Below, piece after piece: positions 36,032-43,611 of a stretch of DNA of 43,611 nt. The DNA comes from Erysipelotrichaceae bacterium (GTDB taxonomy: Bacteria; Bacillota_I; Bacilli_A; RFN20; CAG-826). The notes beneath the pieces were generated by a model that saw only the letters and a list, made by a program, of their open reading frames with translations, was not told the origin of the DNA and ran no database searches. The stretch is taken from the NCBI GenBank assembly GCA_012518415.1, contig JAAYSH010000051.1:1-43611 (forward strand), written 5' to 3'. The position numbers and the translations under genes were made by a program. How positions within the stretch are numbered: position 1 is the first letter of the stretch; each line of letters opens with the position of its first letter.

Positions 36032-36500
36032 ACTCGTCTGCGTAGGTAAACTCAAAGCAAAAGCGTACACGCAACTTATGGAAGAGTTTTTAAAACGACT
36101 CCGACCATATGCGAAAATTGAAATTATCGAAGTTCGTGATGAAAAAGTTTCTCCTAGAGCTTCTTTAAAAGAAGAAGAGATTGTTAAAAATAAAGAAGGT
36201 GAAAAAATCCTTAGCAAGATAAAACAAGATGAGTACGTAGTCTTACTTGATCGACATGGCGAAGATATTAGTTCAATTGAACTTGCAAGTTTTATTGAGC
36301 ATTCGCTTGTCCAAGGTCAAAGTCAAATGACATTCGTTATCGGCGGCGCGCTAGGAATATGTGAAAGCGTAAGAACTAGAGCAAATAAAACAATTAGTTT
36401 CTCCCGCCTCACATTCACGCATCAGCTAATAAGAGTTATTTTAGTTGAGCAAATTTATCGAGCATTTAGAATAATTAATAATGAACCATATCATAAATAA
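36021..36500 (+). CDS. rlmH: 23S rRNA (pseudouridine1915-N3)-methyltransferase RlmH
   Basis: 159 aa SPOUT protein. It begins MRIKLVCVGKLK and ends ...ILVEQIYRAFRIINNEPYHK. Confidence 0.92.
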   Translation: MRIKLVCVGKLKAKAYTQLMEEFLKRLRPYAKIEIIEVRDEKVSPRASLKEEEIVKNKEGEKILSKIKQDEYVVLLDRHGEDISSIELASFIEHSLVQGQSQMTFVIGGALGICESVRTRANKTISFSRLTFTHQLIRVILVEQIYRAFRIINNEPYHK

Positions 36501-36616
36501 GTTGTTTTTGTAATTTTTTCAGTGGTATTTTTCTAAAACAAAATTGATTTACCTCTTTTTTTAAGTTTTTATTAGATTAAGATATATAAAAAAAACAATC
36601 ATAGGAGGAAAACATA

Positions 36617-37192
36617 ATGAAAAAGTCACTCATAATACTCCCATTTCTAAGTTTGTTAGTTGGATATGGAGGCGATTCCATCTATGAAAAGTATGCCGAC
36701 TATAATATGTTAAGAACAAATGTCGAAATTGCATATGAATCAGGAAGGGTTGTGTACCCAAATGATTTAGAATTTGATTTAAGCAGAACTGAATTTTTCA
36801 ACAAAGCTAAACCTAGTGAAGCAATTAAGACGCTAATACCTGGCGATAAGTTGGAGATTTTTTACGATGATAACAAAGAAATTAAAGATGTATTAGTAGA
36901 AAAGTCGGATTACGTTGTTGCAAAAGTGACAGTAAGTCTTCCTGAAGACATAGAGGAGTGGACACCTATGTTCTTGAAATATCATTTTGAAGATAAAAAG
37001 TATAAGAATGATTATGTTCATGCATGGAATATTGAATATATCATTGATTCGAGTAGAACATATCGGACATTTTATGAACACGACTTTAACGATTTTCTAT
37101 ATATTGTTTTTGATGATGAACAATCTCAAACCAATGTTTTGGGAGAACCTGTTCATATACCTCTAGCAGTTTATTCATTTAAACCTAGATAA
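36617..37192 (+). CDS. Hypothetical exported/membrane-anchored protein
   Basis: Strong RBS AGGAGG. N-terminal hydrophobic leader MKKSLIILPFLSLLVGYGG without a lipobox Cys. No recognisable family. Confidence 0.6.
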   Translation: MKKSLIILPFLSLLVGYGGDSIYEKYADYNMLRTNVEIAYESGRVVYPNDLEFDLSRTEFFNKAKPSEAIKTLIPGDKLEIFYDDNKEIKDVLVEKSDYVVAKVTVSLPEDIEEWTPMFLKYHFEDKKYKNDYVHAWNIEYIIDSSRTYRTFYEHDFNDFLYIVFDDEQSQTNVLGEPVHIPLAVYSFKPR

Positions 37193-37215
37193 TAATTTGA
37201 TAAATATTAAATATT

Positions 37216-37251
37216 AAAAGGACCTAAGCATAATTAGCTTAGGTCCTTTTT
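37216..37251. terminator. Bidirectional terminator between convergent genes
   Basis: GGACCTAAGC / GCTTAGGTCC 10-bp stem with loop ATAATTA, flanked by A- and T-runs. Confidence 0.75.
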
Positions 37252-37287
37252 CTTATAATTGAGATAATAACAAATAAGAAGTGGTAA

Positions 37288-39027
37288 TTATTGGATATTA
37301 GCGAGTAATTTTCCTTCTTGTTTGAATGTCAGGTAATCGGTTAATAATATAGCGCCTAAAGGGATAATTACAATTAATAACACACCAACTAGAACATAAA
37401 TCCAAGGCTCAACTGCTAGATATAAAACCATAAAGCCGCTGGCTATAAAAATAATTCCGAATAAGAAGGCAATTCCAATCCCGATTAATGTATTCAAGTT
37501 TTGTTTTACAGCGATAATTTCTTCGCGCCAGTGGAGCATTGGTCGTTTTAAATCAACCAAGAGCATCAAATAGTTTATTAACACTGTAATTAAGATTGTA
37601 CCAACGATAATTAACAATATATAAGCCCAGTTTAAACCAATTAAAAGCCCTAACAAAGTCGCTGAAATTACTCCAAAACTACCAGCAACTATGACTCCTA
37701 ATGCCATTTTTGCATATATTTGTGTCCTTAAGGCTACAGGCATTACTTTCATTAAATACGCATTCGGACCTTCACGAGAAACAGCAGTAGAAGATATACC
37801 GACCAAGCCGCTAAACATCGTCACAAAAGATATGATAATTAGCGAAACAAAAACTTGCCCACGCGCGCCTAATTCATCCATCAACTGATGGATTTCTCCA
37901 AAACTCATTGATCCATCACCGACAATAAATGGAAGAAGCAAAGAAACTAAAATAAGTGGGAAAACGATTAAATACGGTAAAACTAGTTGTGAAAAGAACG
38001 CGCCACTTCGGAATACTGTTCTAGTTTCGCGTTTTAACAAAGCGCCGAACACACTACTTGATTTTTCTTTTTTAATTTCTTGATCAAGCTTTTTCTTTGA
38101 ACGTTTTGATAAGCCATCGCTACTACCAACAATAATTTGGCCATAATATTTTCGTGCAACAAAGTAACTAATAACAACAAGCAGCCCAGCAACAGCAATA
38201 AACCCTAAAGTATATAAAATACCGTGCCAAATAGGTAAATTATGTGATAATCCGCCACTAGTACTAACTGCGAAAGGATAGCGAATCCAAGTGAGCCAAT
38301 TAGTAGAGTTAAGTGACATGCCAAGGATATTGTCAAATTCTTCTTGCCCTGCCGCACCACCTTCTAGCCCAATATTTGAAACACCCATTCCGAATGCAAA
38401 CATTAATATTGCAGCTGCAGCCAAAATAATTGATAAAGCCAAAAAGATACGGTTTCCAACCCGGCGCCGTTTTTGAATTTTAATAATAGTACCGACAAAA
38501 ATAAATAATAAAAATATAATCGTACTAATAATAATAGGAATAACTAAAAATAGTAGTAGTTGTCCAACATATGCACTCCAATTAGGAGTAAAGACTAAAT
38601 CGAAAGCGACAAAATAAGGGATTAAAAATAGCAATTCAATAACATAAATATTTAATAGTGATGAAGTCATCCGACCAATATAAATGTCACCATAAGTAAA
38701 AGGCATCGATAAAAACACATCATTATCTTTGCTTAAAAACATAAATTGAGTAATGAAAACGACAGATAGTGCAAACACGATACTTAAGAAAGTTATACCG
38801 TTACTTTCAAGAACCCCCGAAAGTTCAGGGGAATCTTTTAAAGCGGTTAACCCAAGATACTGTGTAAATCCAAACATAAATGAGACAAGTAGGAGGGATA
38901 TGCTTGCAAAAACAATAGCAGAAGCGCTTCGTTTTACTTTTCCGTCTCGCCTACGCCCAATTTGCGACTGAATTCCAGTCTTGTTGATCACAAGCGATAA
39001 CGACCAAAGTTTTACTAGTCTATTCAT
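37288..39027 (-). CDS. Large polytopic membrane protein, putative permease partner of the upstream ABC ATPase
   Basis: 579 aa with more than 10 predicted TM segments. Its start overlaps the stop of the ABC ATPase by 8 nt. Function is inferred from this coupling only. Confidence 0.65.
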   Translation of the reverse strand: MNRLVKLWSLSLVINKTGIQSQIGRRRDGKVKRSASAIVFASISLLLVSFMFGFTQYLGLTALKDSPELSGVLESNGITFLSIVFALSVVFITQFMFLSKDNDVFLSMPFTYGDIYIGRMTSSLLNIYVIELLFLIPYFVAFDLVFTPNWSAYVGQLLLFLVIPIIISTIIFLLFIFVGTIIKIQKRRRVGNRIFLALSIILAAAAILMFAFGMGVSNIGLEGGAAGQEEFDNILGMSLNSTNWLTWIRYPFAVSTSGGLSHNLPIWHGILYTLGFIAVAGLLVVISYFVARKYYGQIIVGSSDGLSKRSKKKLDQEIKKEKSSSVFGALLKRETRTVFRSGAFFSQLVLPYLIVFPLILVSLLLPFIVGDGSMSFGEIHQLMDELGARGQVFVSLIIISFVTMFSGLVGISSTAVSREGPNAYLMKVMPVALRTQIYAKMALGVIVAGSFGVISATLLGLLIGLNWAYILLIIVGTILITVLINYLMLLVDLKRPMLHWREEIIAVKQNLNTLIGIGIAFLFGIIFIASGFMVLYLAVEPWIYVLVGVLLIVIIPLGAILLTDYLTFKQEGKLLANIQ

Positions 39028-39754
39028 CGCCTACTAACTCCAAAAATAATTGCTCTAGTGATTTATCGCTTTCATCCGCGTGTAAGAACTCCCGCAATTC
39101 AGGGACCGTTCCAACAAAAAGAATTTTCCCTTTTGCAATAATCCCGATACGGTCACAAACTTTTTCAGCGACTTCTAAAACATGCGTTGAGAAAAATACT
39201 GTATTACCATTATCAGCGTGTTCGCGCATCATCTCTTTCATAACAAAAGAAGAATGCGGATCTAAGCCGGTCATAGGTTCATCTAAAATCCAATTATTTG
39301 GATCATGAAGTAAGACACCAATAACGAGAAGTTTTTGCCGCATACCATGCGAGTATGTTTCAATGCGGTTACCTAGGTCGTTACTTAAATTAAATTTCTT
39401 TGCTAATTTTTTAATTCGTTCATCACGTGCATCTTTTGGAACATCATAGACTGTCGCGATGAAGTTTAAATATTCAATTCCTTTAAGCCGTAATAACACA
39501 TTAGGATCATCTGGTACTAAACCAAAAAGTTGTTTGGCTTCTAAGGCATCACGGACAATTGATTTTCCATCAATAAGAATATCTCCAGCAGTTAACGGGG
39601 TAATTCCCGTTATCATTTTTATTGCTGTAGTTTTTCCTGCTCCGTTTGGGCCTAAAAACCCAAAAATCTCACCATCATTTATTGTTAAAGTGACATCGTC
39701 AACGGCAACTTTATCTTTACCATAAACTTTTGTTACATTAATTAGTTCAATCAT
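39020..39754 (-). CDS. ABC transporter ATP-binding protein (ABC-2/DrrA-like)
   Basis: 244 aa. Walker A GPNGAGKTT, signature YSHGMRQK, Walker B WILDEPMTGLD. RBS GGAGG. Confidence 0.9.
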   Translation of the reverse strand: MIELINVTKVYGKDKVAVDDVTLTINDGEIFGFLGPNGAGKTTAIKMITGITPLTAGDILIDGKSIVRDALEAKQLFGLVPDDPNVLLRLKGIEYLNFIATVYDVPKDARDERIKKLAKKFNLSNDLGNRIETYSHGMRQKLLVIGVLLHDPNNWILDEPMTGLDPHSSFVMKEMMREHADNGNTVFFSTHVLEVAEKVCDRIGIIAKGKILFVGTVPELREFLHADESDKSLEQLFLELVGDE

Positions 39755-39776
39755 AACTTCTTCCTCCAGCGCTTAC

Positions 39777-39782
39777 ATTATA
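39777..39782 (-). promoter_or_regulatory. Candidate -10 (TATAAT) for the ABC-2 operon
   Basis: The reverse complement reads TATAAT, about 23 nt upstream of the ATG at 39754. Confidence 0.35.
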
Positions 39783-39847
39783 TACTACTTAAAGTAATAA
39801 AAAAAACATAAAACACCAGGCTAAACACCGATGTATTTATGTTTTTC

Positions 39848-40645
39848 TTATACGATATTTAATTGTTCGATTGCTTTAGCCCAACCATCGTTATCGATAT
39901 CATCAGTAACGTAATCGGCTACTGCTTTTGTTTCTTCACGGGCATTACCCATCGCGACACCAATACCTGCAAACGCAAGCATTTCGATATCATTCATTCC
40001 ATCACCAATTGTTAGGACGTTTTTCGGTTCGATTTCGTAGTAGGCACATGCTGCTAAGATTCCTTTTGCCTTATCACTATCAACTGGCATAATATCGACA
40101 GCGTATTCATCCCATCTTGCGGTTTTACATCCTTCGATATGAGGTAAGAAGAGCGATTCATCTAAAGCGTCACAAAAGGCAATCGCCTGATAAACGACAC
40201 GGTCGTAGATATCTGGGAATGTTCGCGGCTGCGGAAATCTTGTTCCGTATTTTTCATGCGCACTTAAAACACGTTCATCTACCATATTTATATGACCTTC
40301 CTCTTCCTCGATTAAAGTGAGGCCGAAGCGAAGCCGTTTGGAGAACTTTATTAAAGCATTCACGCTCTCAGCGGGGATTGGATAGCGATATATAACTTCA
40401 TCATCAATAATGACGTTCGCACCGTTCATTGTAATTAACCCATCAGGTGTAAAGTAATCTAAGATACCTGTTTTCCTAATTAAGTATTTACTTCTACCTG
40501 AGCCTAATAATACTTTAATGCCCGCATCTTGAAGCTTTTTAATCATCGCTAGTGAGCTTGGAGGGATACGGTTAGTTTTATGAGAAAATAAAGTTCCATC
40601 AATATCCGAAACAATTAATTTAATTTCTGGTCGTTTGTTTTCCAT
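39848..40645 (-). CDS. Cof-type HAD-IIB family hydrolase (sugar-phosphate phosphatase type)
   Basis: 265 aa. Motif I VSDIDGTL, motif II GSGR, motif IV GDGMNDIEM. Confidence 0.88.
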   Translation of the reverse strand: MENKRPEIKLIVSDIDGTLFSHKTNRIPPSSLAMIKKLQDAGIKVLLGSGRSKYLIRKTGILDYFTPDGLITMNGANVIIDDEVIYRYPIPAESVNALIKFSKRLRFGLTLIEEEEGHINMVDERVLSAHEKYGTRFPQPRTFPDIYDRVVYQAIAFCDALDESLFLPHIEGCKTARWDEYAVDIMPVDSDKAKGILAACAYYEIEPKNVLTIGDGMNDIEMLAFAGIGVAMGNAREETKAVADYVTDDIDNDGWAKAIEQLNIV

Positions 40646-40697
40646 ATTATAAGCCTTCTTTCTTAATATATGATACTATAAAAACTAGGGAAATTAA

Positions 40698-41036
40698 ATG
40701 GACTATAAAGAATTCAAACATTTAAAACAACTAGAAGATCGAAGTGTTCCATATGCAAAAGGTTTTATAACCAAGGATGGTGGAACATTTTACATTGAAC
40801 CTGTTTTCTATGCAAAACTGATTCGCTTTAAGACAAGGTATCCAGATAAGTTTGATGAAATTCTTGATGAGATGGAAGTAATTGTTAAACATAACCGTCA
40901 AGTTATTTTTGTTGGAGATTTTGAAGCGCCAGTAGTTGAAAAAGAAGGGTTCATTTATCGAGAAATCGATGATATTGCTGCAGCGAGAGGGATTGTTATT
41001 CCTGATTTATATCGCGGTAGTGATTATGGTGACTAA
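40698..41036 (+). CDS. Hypothetical protein
   Basis: 112-aa ORF with coding-like composition. No recognisable motif and a weak RBS. Confidence 0.5.
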   Translation: MDYKEFKHLKQLEDRSVPYAKGFITKDGGTFYIEPVFYAKLIRFKTRYPDKFDEILDEMEVIVKHNRQVIFVGDFEAPVVEKEGFIYREIDDIAAARGIVIPDLYRGSDYGD

Positions 41037-41065
41037 AACATTTAAATAATAATAAAAAGGAGAAA

Positions 41066-41668
41066 ATGATGAAAAAGATTCACCGTAAAGGGCGAATTGA
41101 AGTAATTACTGGACCAATGTATGCTGGTAAAACTGAAGAGTTAATTAGAAGAATTCGCCGCGCACAATTTGCGAATGAAAAAATTGTAGTATTTAAACCA
41201 GCAGTAGATGACCGCTATGCTGAAAGCGAAGTCGTTTCGCACGATAACTCCAGAACGAAGTCGATTAACATTGTTAATTCGATTGATATATTAAATCATG
41301 TTGATGAATACACTGATGTTGTTGCAATTGATGAGTTGCAATTTTTCGATGATGATATTGTTGATGTTGTCGAGCAGCTAGCAAGCCAAAATATTCGGGT
41401 TATTGTGTCTGGGTTAGATATGAACTTCCGCGGGGATCCGTTTCATCCAATTCCAGAACTACTTTCACTCGCAGAAGAAGTTGATAAATTAACCGCTGTC
41501 TGTGTTGTTTGTCATGCGGATGCAACAAGAACCCAGCGGATTGTTAACAAAAGACCAGCCCGCTACGATGATCCGGAAATATTAGTCGGTGCAACCGAGT
41601 CTTACGAGGCAAGATGCAGACACTGTCACTCAGTTCCTGGTAAACCAAAAAATAAATTGAGTAAATAA
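41066..41668 (+). CDS. tdk: Thymidine kinase
   Basis: 200 aa. P-loop GPMYAGKTEEL, DE.QFF motif and a C-terminal zinc ribbon (CVVC...CRHC). The start could be the second ATG at 41069. Confidence 0.95.
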   Translation: MMKKIHRKGRIEVITGPMYAGKTEELIRRIRRAQFANEKIVVFKPAVDDRYAESEVVSHDNSRTKSINIVNSIDILNHVDEYTDVVAIDELQFFDDDIVDVVEQLASQNIRVIVSGLDMNFRGDPFHPIPELLSLAEEVDKLTAVCVVCHADATRTQRIVNKRPARYDDPEILVGATESYEARCRHCHSVPGKPKNKLSK

Positions 41669-41676
41669 AAGCAAAC

Positions 41677-41705
41677 AAAAAGGCGAAGTTAATTCGCCTT
41701 TTTAT
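41677..41705. terminator. Bidirectional terminator between tdk and the convergent membrane protein gene
   Basis: AGGCGAA / TTCGCCT stem with loop GTTAA, flanked by A- and T-runs. Confidence 0.75.
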
Positions 41706-41716
41706 ATTCGTTAAAT

Positions 41717-43024
41717 TTATTTGCTCGGTGGTTGAACAGCGGGACGAAGCTGTTTCATTGACATCCACATTAACCGCATACCGAATAACATAATAAATGC
41801 CATACCTGAGAATGAAGGCATAATGAATCCTAAAATAAGCGCAAGTAGTCCAGGAGATAGGGCACTCCAAGCACTTATCTTCATTGATTGGAGGAAAGTC
41901 CAATCGCGATTAGGTGAAGTTTTGCCACGAGTGATAAGGAAAATAACTAAGCCCATTAATAAGATAATCGAAGCGTTTGTACCAGCTGCGACTGCGAACT
42001 GAACCCAGAATAGCGACCGTTTAACAGGACGATAACCTTCATTTAAGAAGTGTTTCCAGTTTTCAAAAACACCTTGAACGTATTGTTCGCGTGTATTTGG
42101 ACTACTACCATCTAAGACAGTAGGAGCGTTATCTTTATTTTTGTAGTCTGGTAAATATTTTACGAATTCATGCAACTTAGTACCAACTAAACCTTCACTA
42201 TATGTTCCTGAAACACTAGCTTCTGGCCGTTGTCCATCAATAACGATTTTATCTCCTACTTTAAACGAAGATAATGGACGATAAATTGCCCCATGGTATG
42301 TTTTTGAACCTAAGACCAAGAAACTAATTGGAGCTTCACCAAAATTTTCTTCTCTGCTATTATCGTATGAAAACGATGTCAAGTAGTCGATTAACTGAAC
42401 ATAATCAATTGTTGCATTTTCATCACTAATTTCTTCTCCTAAAGCGATTGTATGATTTGGGACATAAAATACACGTAATTGTTCAACATCAGAGTGATTT
42501 TTATAAGAGAAATAGTGAAAATCATAATCTGTGCTGGTTGAATTAAGTGTTAAGGTAACTTTATCATCAAATTTATCATTCCAATTATTGGAGTTGTTAA
42601 TCATATAGTATGATGTTGTACCATCAATAGAAGTCTTTTCACTTACTTCAAGATCGATTAAGTTGTCTTCTAACTCCTCACTAAAAGCAAGTAAGCCGGT
42701 TTGATATCCGTATTGGGTATGGTTAAATATATCTGATCCTTGGACGTTGCTTACTTGAACTAAGATTGGGGTTATTGAAAGACCAATAGATACAACAAAT
42801 AAAACAAGGGCAATCCACCACGCAAGGAAGCGTCCACCTGCAATTGCATTAACATTAGAGAAAAGACTCTTAAATATTGTTGCCCAAACACGCGGTTTTG
42901 GTTGCTCTTTTGCTGTTTTTATTTTTTGAGGCCGCTCTTTTCGTTTTTTCTTTGAAGCGCCTTTTTGTTTCACGTTTGCGTCAATAACGTTGTTTTTCTT
43001 TTTCTTCTTTTTTCCTTTTGCCAT
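41717..43024 (-). CDS. Hypothetical membrane protein with a poly-lysine N-terminal tail, a large extracytoplasmic domain and a C-terminal TM bundle
   Basis: The preferred start is the ATG at 43024 (MAKGKKKKKKNN...). The listed start at 43105 adds an implausible hydrophobic extension. Layout: one TM segment near residue 70, an ectodomain of about 250 aa, then 3-4 C-terminal TM segments. No recognisable family. Confidence 0.65.
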   Translation of the reverse strand: MAKGKKKKKKNNVIDANVKQKGASKKKRKERPQKIKTAKEQPKPRVWATIFKSLFSNVNAIAGGRFLAWWIALVLFVVSIGLSITPILVQVSNVQGSDIFNHTQYGYQTGLLAFSEELEDNLIDLEVSEKTSIDGTTSYYMINNSNNWNDKFDDKVTLTLNSTSTDYDFHYFSYKNHSDVEQLRVFYVPNHTIALGEEISDENATIDYVQLIDYLTSFSYDNSREENFGEAPISFLVLGSKTYHGAIYRPLSSFKVGDKIVIDGQRPEASVSGTYSEGLVGTKLHEFVKYLPDYKNKDNAPTVLDGSSPNTREQYVQGVFENWKHFLNEGYRPVKRSLFWVQFAVAAGTNASIILLMGLVIFLITRGKTSPNRDWTFLQSMKISAWSALSPGLLALILGFIMPSFSGMAFIMLFGMRLMWMSMKQLRPAVQPPSK

Positions 43025-43152
43025 AATAAGTACCTTTTCTTGCCGTCTCATTATATATAATTGCTTACTTAATCGCAAATAAAGAAATAACAATATTGCA
43101 AACAAGTTGATAAATATACTAAATTACGTTATATTTATAAAGCACTAATCAA

Positions 43153-43524
43153 GGGGATGTTTTGGCATTTGACAGGGATTGGTTTGGCATTAGTTGCAGC
43201 CGAGTTGTGACGTAATCACTACCCAAAGATATCTGGCAACAGAAATCATTCTAGCTACGCATTTGCGTAGTGATGCTGAAGTAGGTCGGTTGACCCTCAG
43301 CCCGCTCATAACATAGGTTTGTCTTTTACTAAGTTAAATGAGTGTCACTTTAAAAGACTTAAGCGCTTATGCGGGGTTAACGTATAGGCGATGAAAATGA
43401 TTGTAACCTCGTTGATGACTGTTTGTCGAAAACATCACATCAATTAAATCTTAACTTCGACTAAGCTGTAGATCTAGTGTGGGGCTATCTTTGGACCGGA
43501 GTTCGACTCTCCGCATCTCCACCA
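43153..43524 (+). ncRNA. ssrA: tmRNA (SsrA)
   Basis: The 5' GGGGATGTTTTGGCATTTGACAGGG pairs with the 3' tRNA-like end GGACCGGAGTTCGACTCTCCGCATCTCCACCA (T-arm GTTCGA, CCA encoded). The internal tag frame reads ...GGC AAC AGA AAT CAT TCT AGC TAC GCA TTT GCG TAG TGA (GNRNHSSYAFA**). Confidence 0.93.
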
Positions 43525-43537
43525 GAAAAAAAACAAT

Positions 43538-43562
43538 ATCCGCTCATTGAGCGGATTTTTTG
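43538..43562 (+). terminator. Rho-independent terminator of ssrA
   Basis: ATCCGCTC-ATT-GAGCGGAT followed by TTTTTTGTT. Confidence 0.75.
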
Positions 43563-43611
43563 TTATCTTTGTTTATTAAAACATTCTAAAATGATGATTT
43601 CCTCTTATAAA

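Noticed and set aside
39801-39846. Possible terminator after the HAD hydrolase gene
   Set aside because: It has only an 8-bp all-A/T-rich stem with a 23-nt loop. That is too weak to call, although A- and T-runs flank it.
41544-41903. 119-aa minus-strand ORF
   Set aside because: It overlaps the tdk 3' end, the bidirectional terminator and the end of the membrane protein gene in another frame, so I treat it as spurious.
43025-43105. N-terminal extension MFAILLFLYLRLSKQLYIMRRQEKVLI of the membrane protein
   Set aside because: It has no RBS and lies in an AT-rich promoter-like region. The ATG at 43024 gives a sensible basic N-terminus.
1-43611. Search for CRISPR arrays, IS elements or transposases, integrases, tRNA/rRNA genes, UGA-as-Trp recoding and known defence genes
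   Set aside because: None was seen. There are no regularly spaced repeats, no DDE or tyrosine/serine recombinase-like ORFs and no cloverleaf candidates apart from the tmRNA tRNA-like end. TGA functions as a stop (19223-19225). Long conserved ORFs are intact under the standard code.

Overview
This 43.6-kb window is low-GC chromosomal DNA of a Bacillota/Mollicutes type. The standard genetic code applies. TGA acts as a stop (for example 19223-19225), and all long conserved ORFs are uninterrupted. The tmRNA tag ends in YAFA, which I remember as a Mollicutes-like signature. I therefore suspect an Acholeplasma-like or related organism, but I cannot prove that from sequence alone.

Most of the window is housekeeping. 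It holds glmU (5' truncated), ppdK, a TetR plus heterodimeric ABC exporter operon, and rsuA-PAP2-DUF368. These are followed by pth-mfd-yabO/rqcP-tilS, ftsH, dusB-lysS and rpsF-ssb-rpsR. Further on come yybS-gdpP-rplI-dnaB-yycJ-like-rlmH, an ABC-2 type exporter, a Cof-type HAD hydrolase, tdk and the tmRNA gene ssrA. I found no tRNA, rRNA, CRISPR array, transposase or integrase.

The stand-out region is a four-gene minus-strand operon at 26589-29774, placed between the + strand blocks rpsF-ssb-rpsR and yybS-gdpP-rplI-dnaB. It encodes an ER/archaeal-type (SipW-like, S26B) signal peptidase. It also encodes three secreted proteins whose N-terminal leaders resemble SipW-cognate (TasA-type) signal peptides. 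Their mature parts match no family I recognise, apart from carbohydrate-binding-like beta-sandwich modules. I read this as a candidate, apparently undescribed, SipW-dependent extracellular fibre or adhesin system.

Secondary curiosities:
- an orphan structured intergenic locus with two ACCUCCUUU motifs (2171-2450)
- an overlapping FGGY kinase / cytoplasmic alkaline-phosphatase-superfamily gene pair
- a PAP2 / DUF368 polyprenyl-phosphate-type pair
- an ftsH terminator that abuts the dusB start codon
- an insertion in the DnaB C-terminal domain
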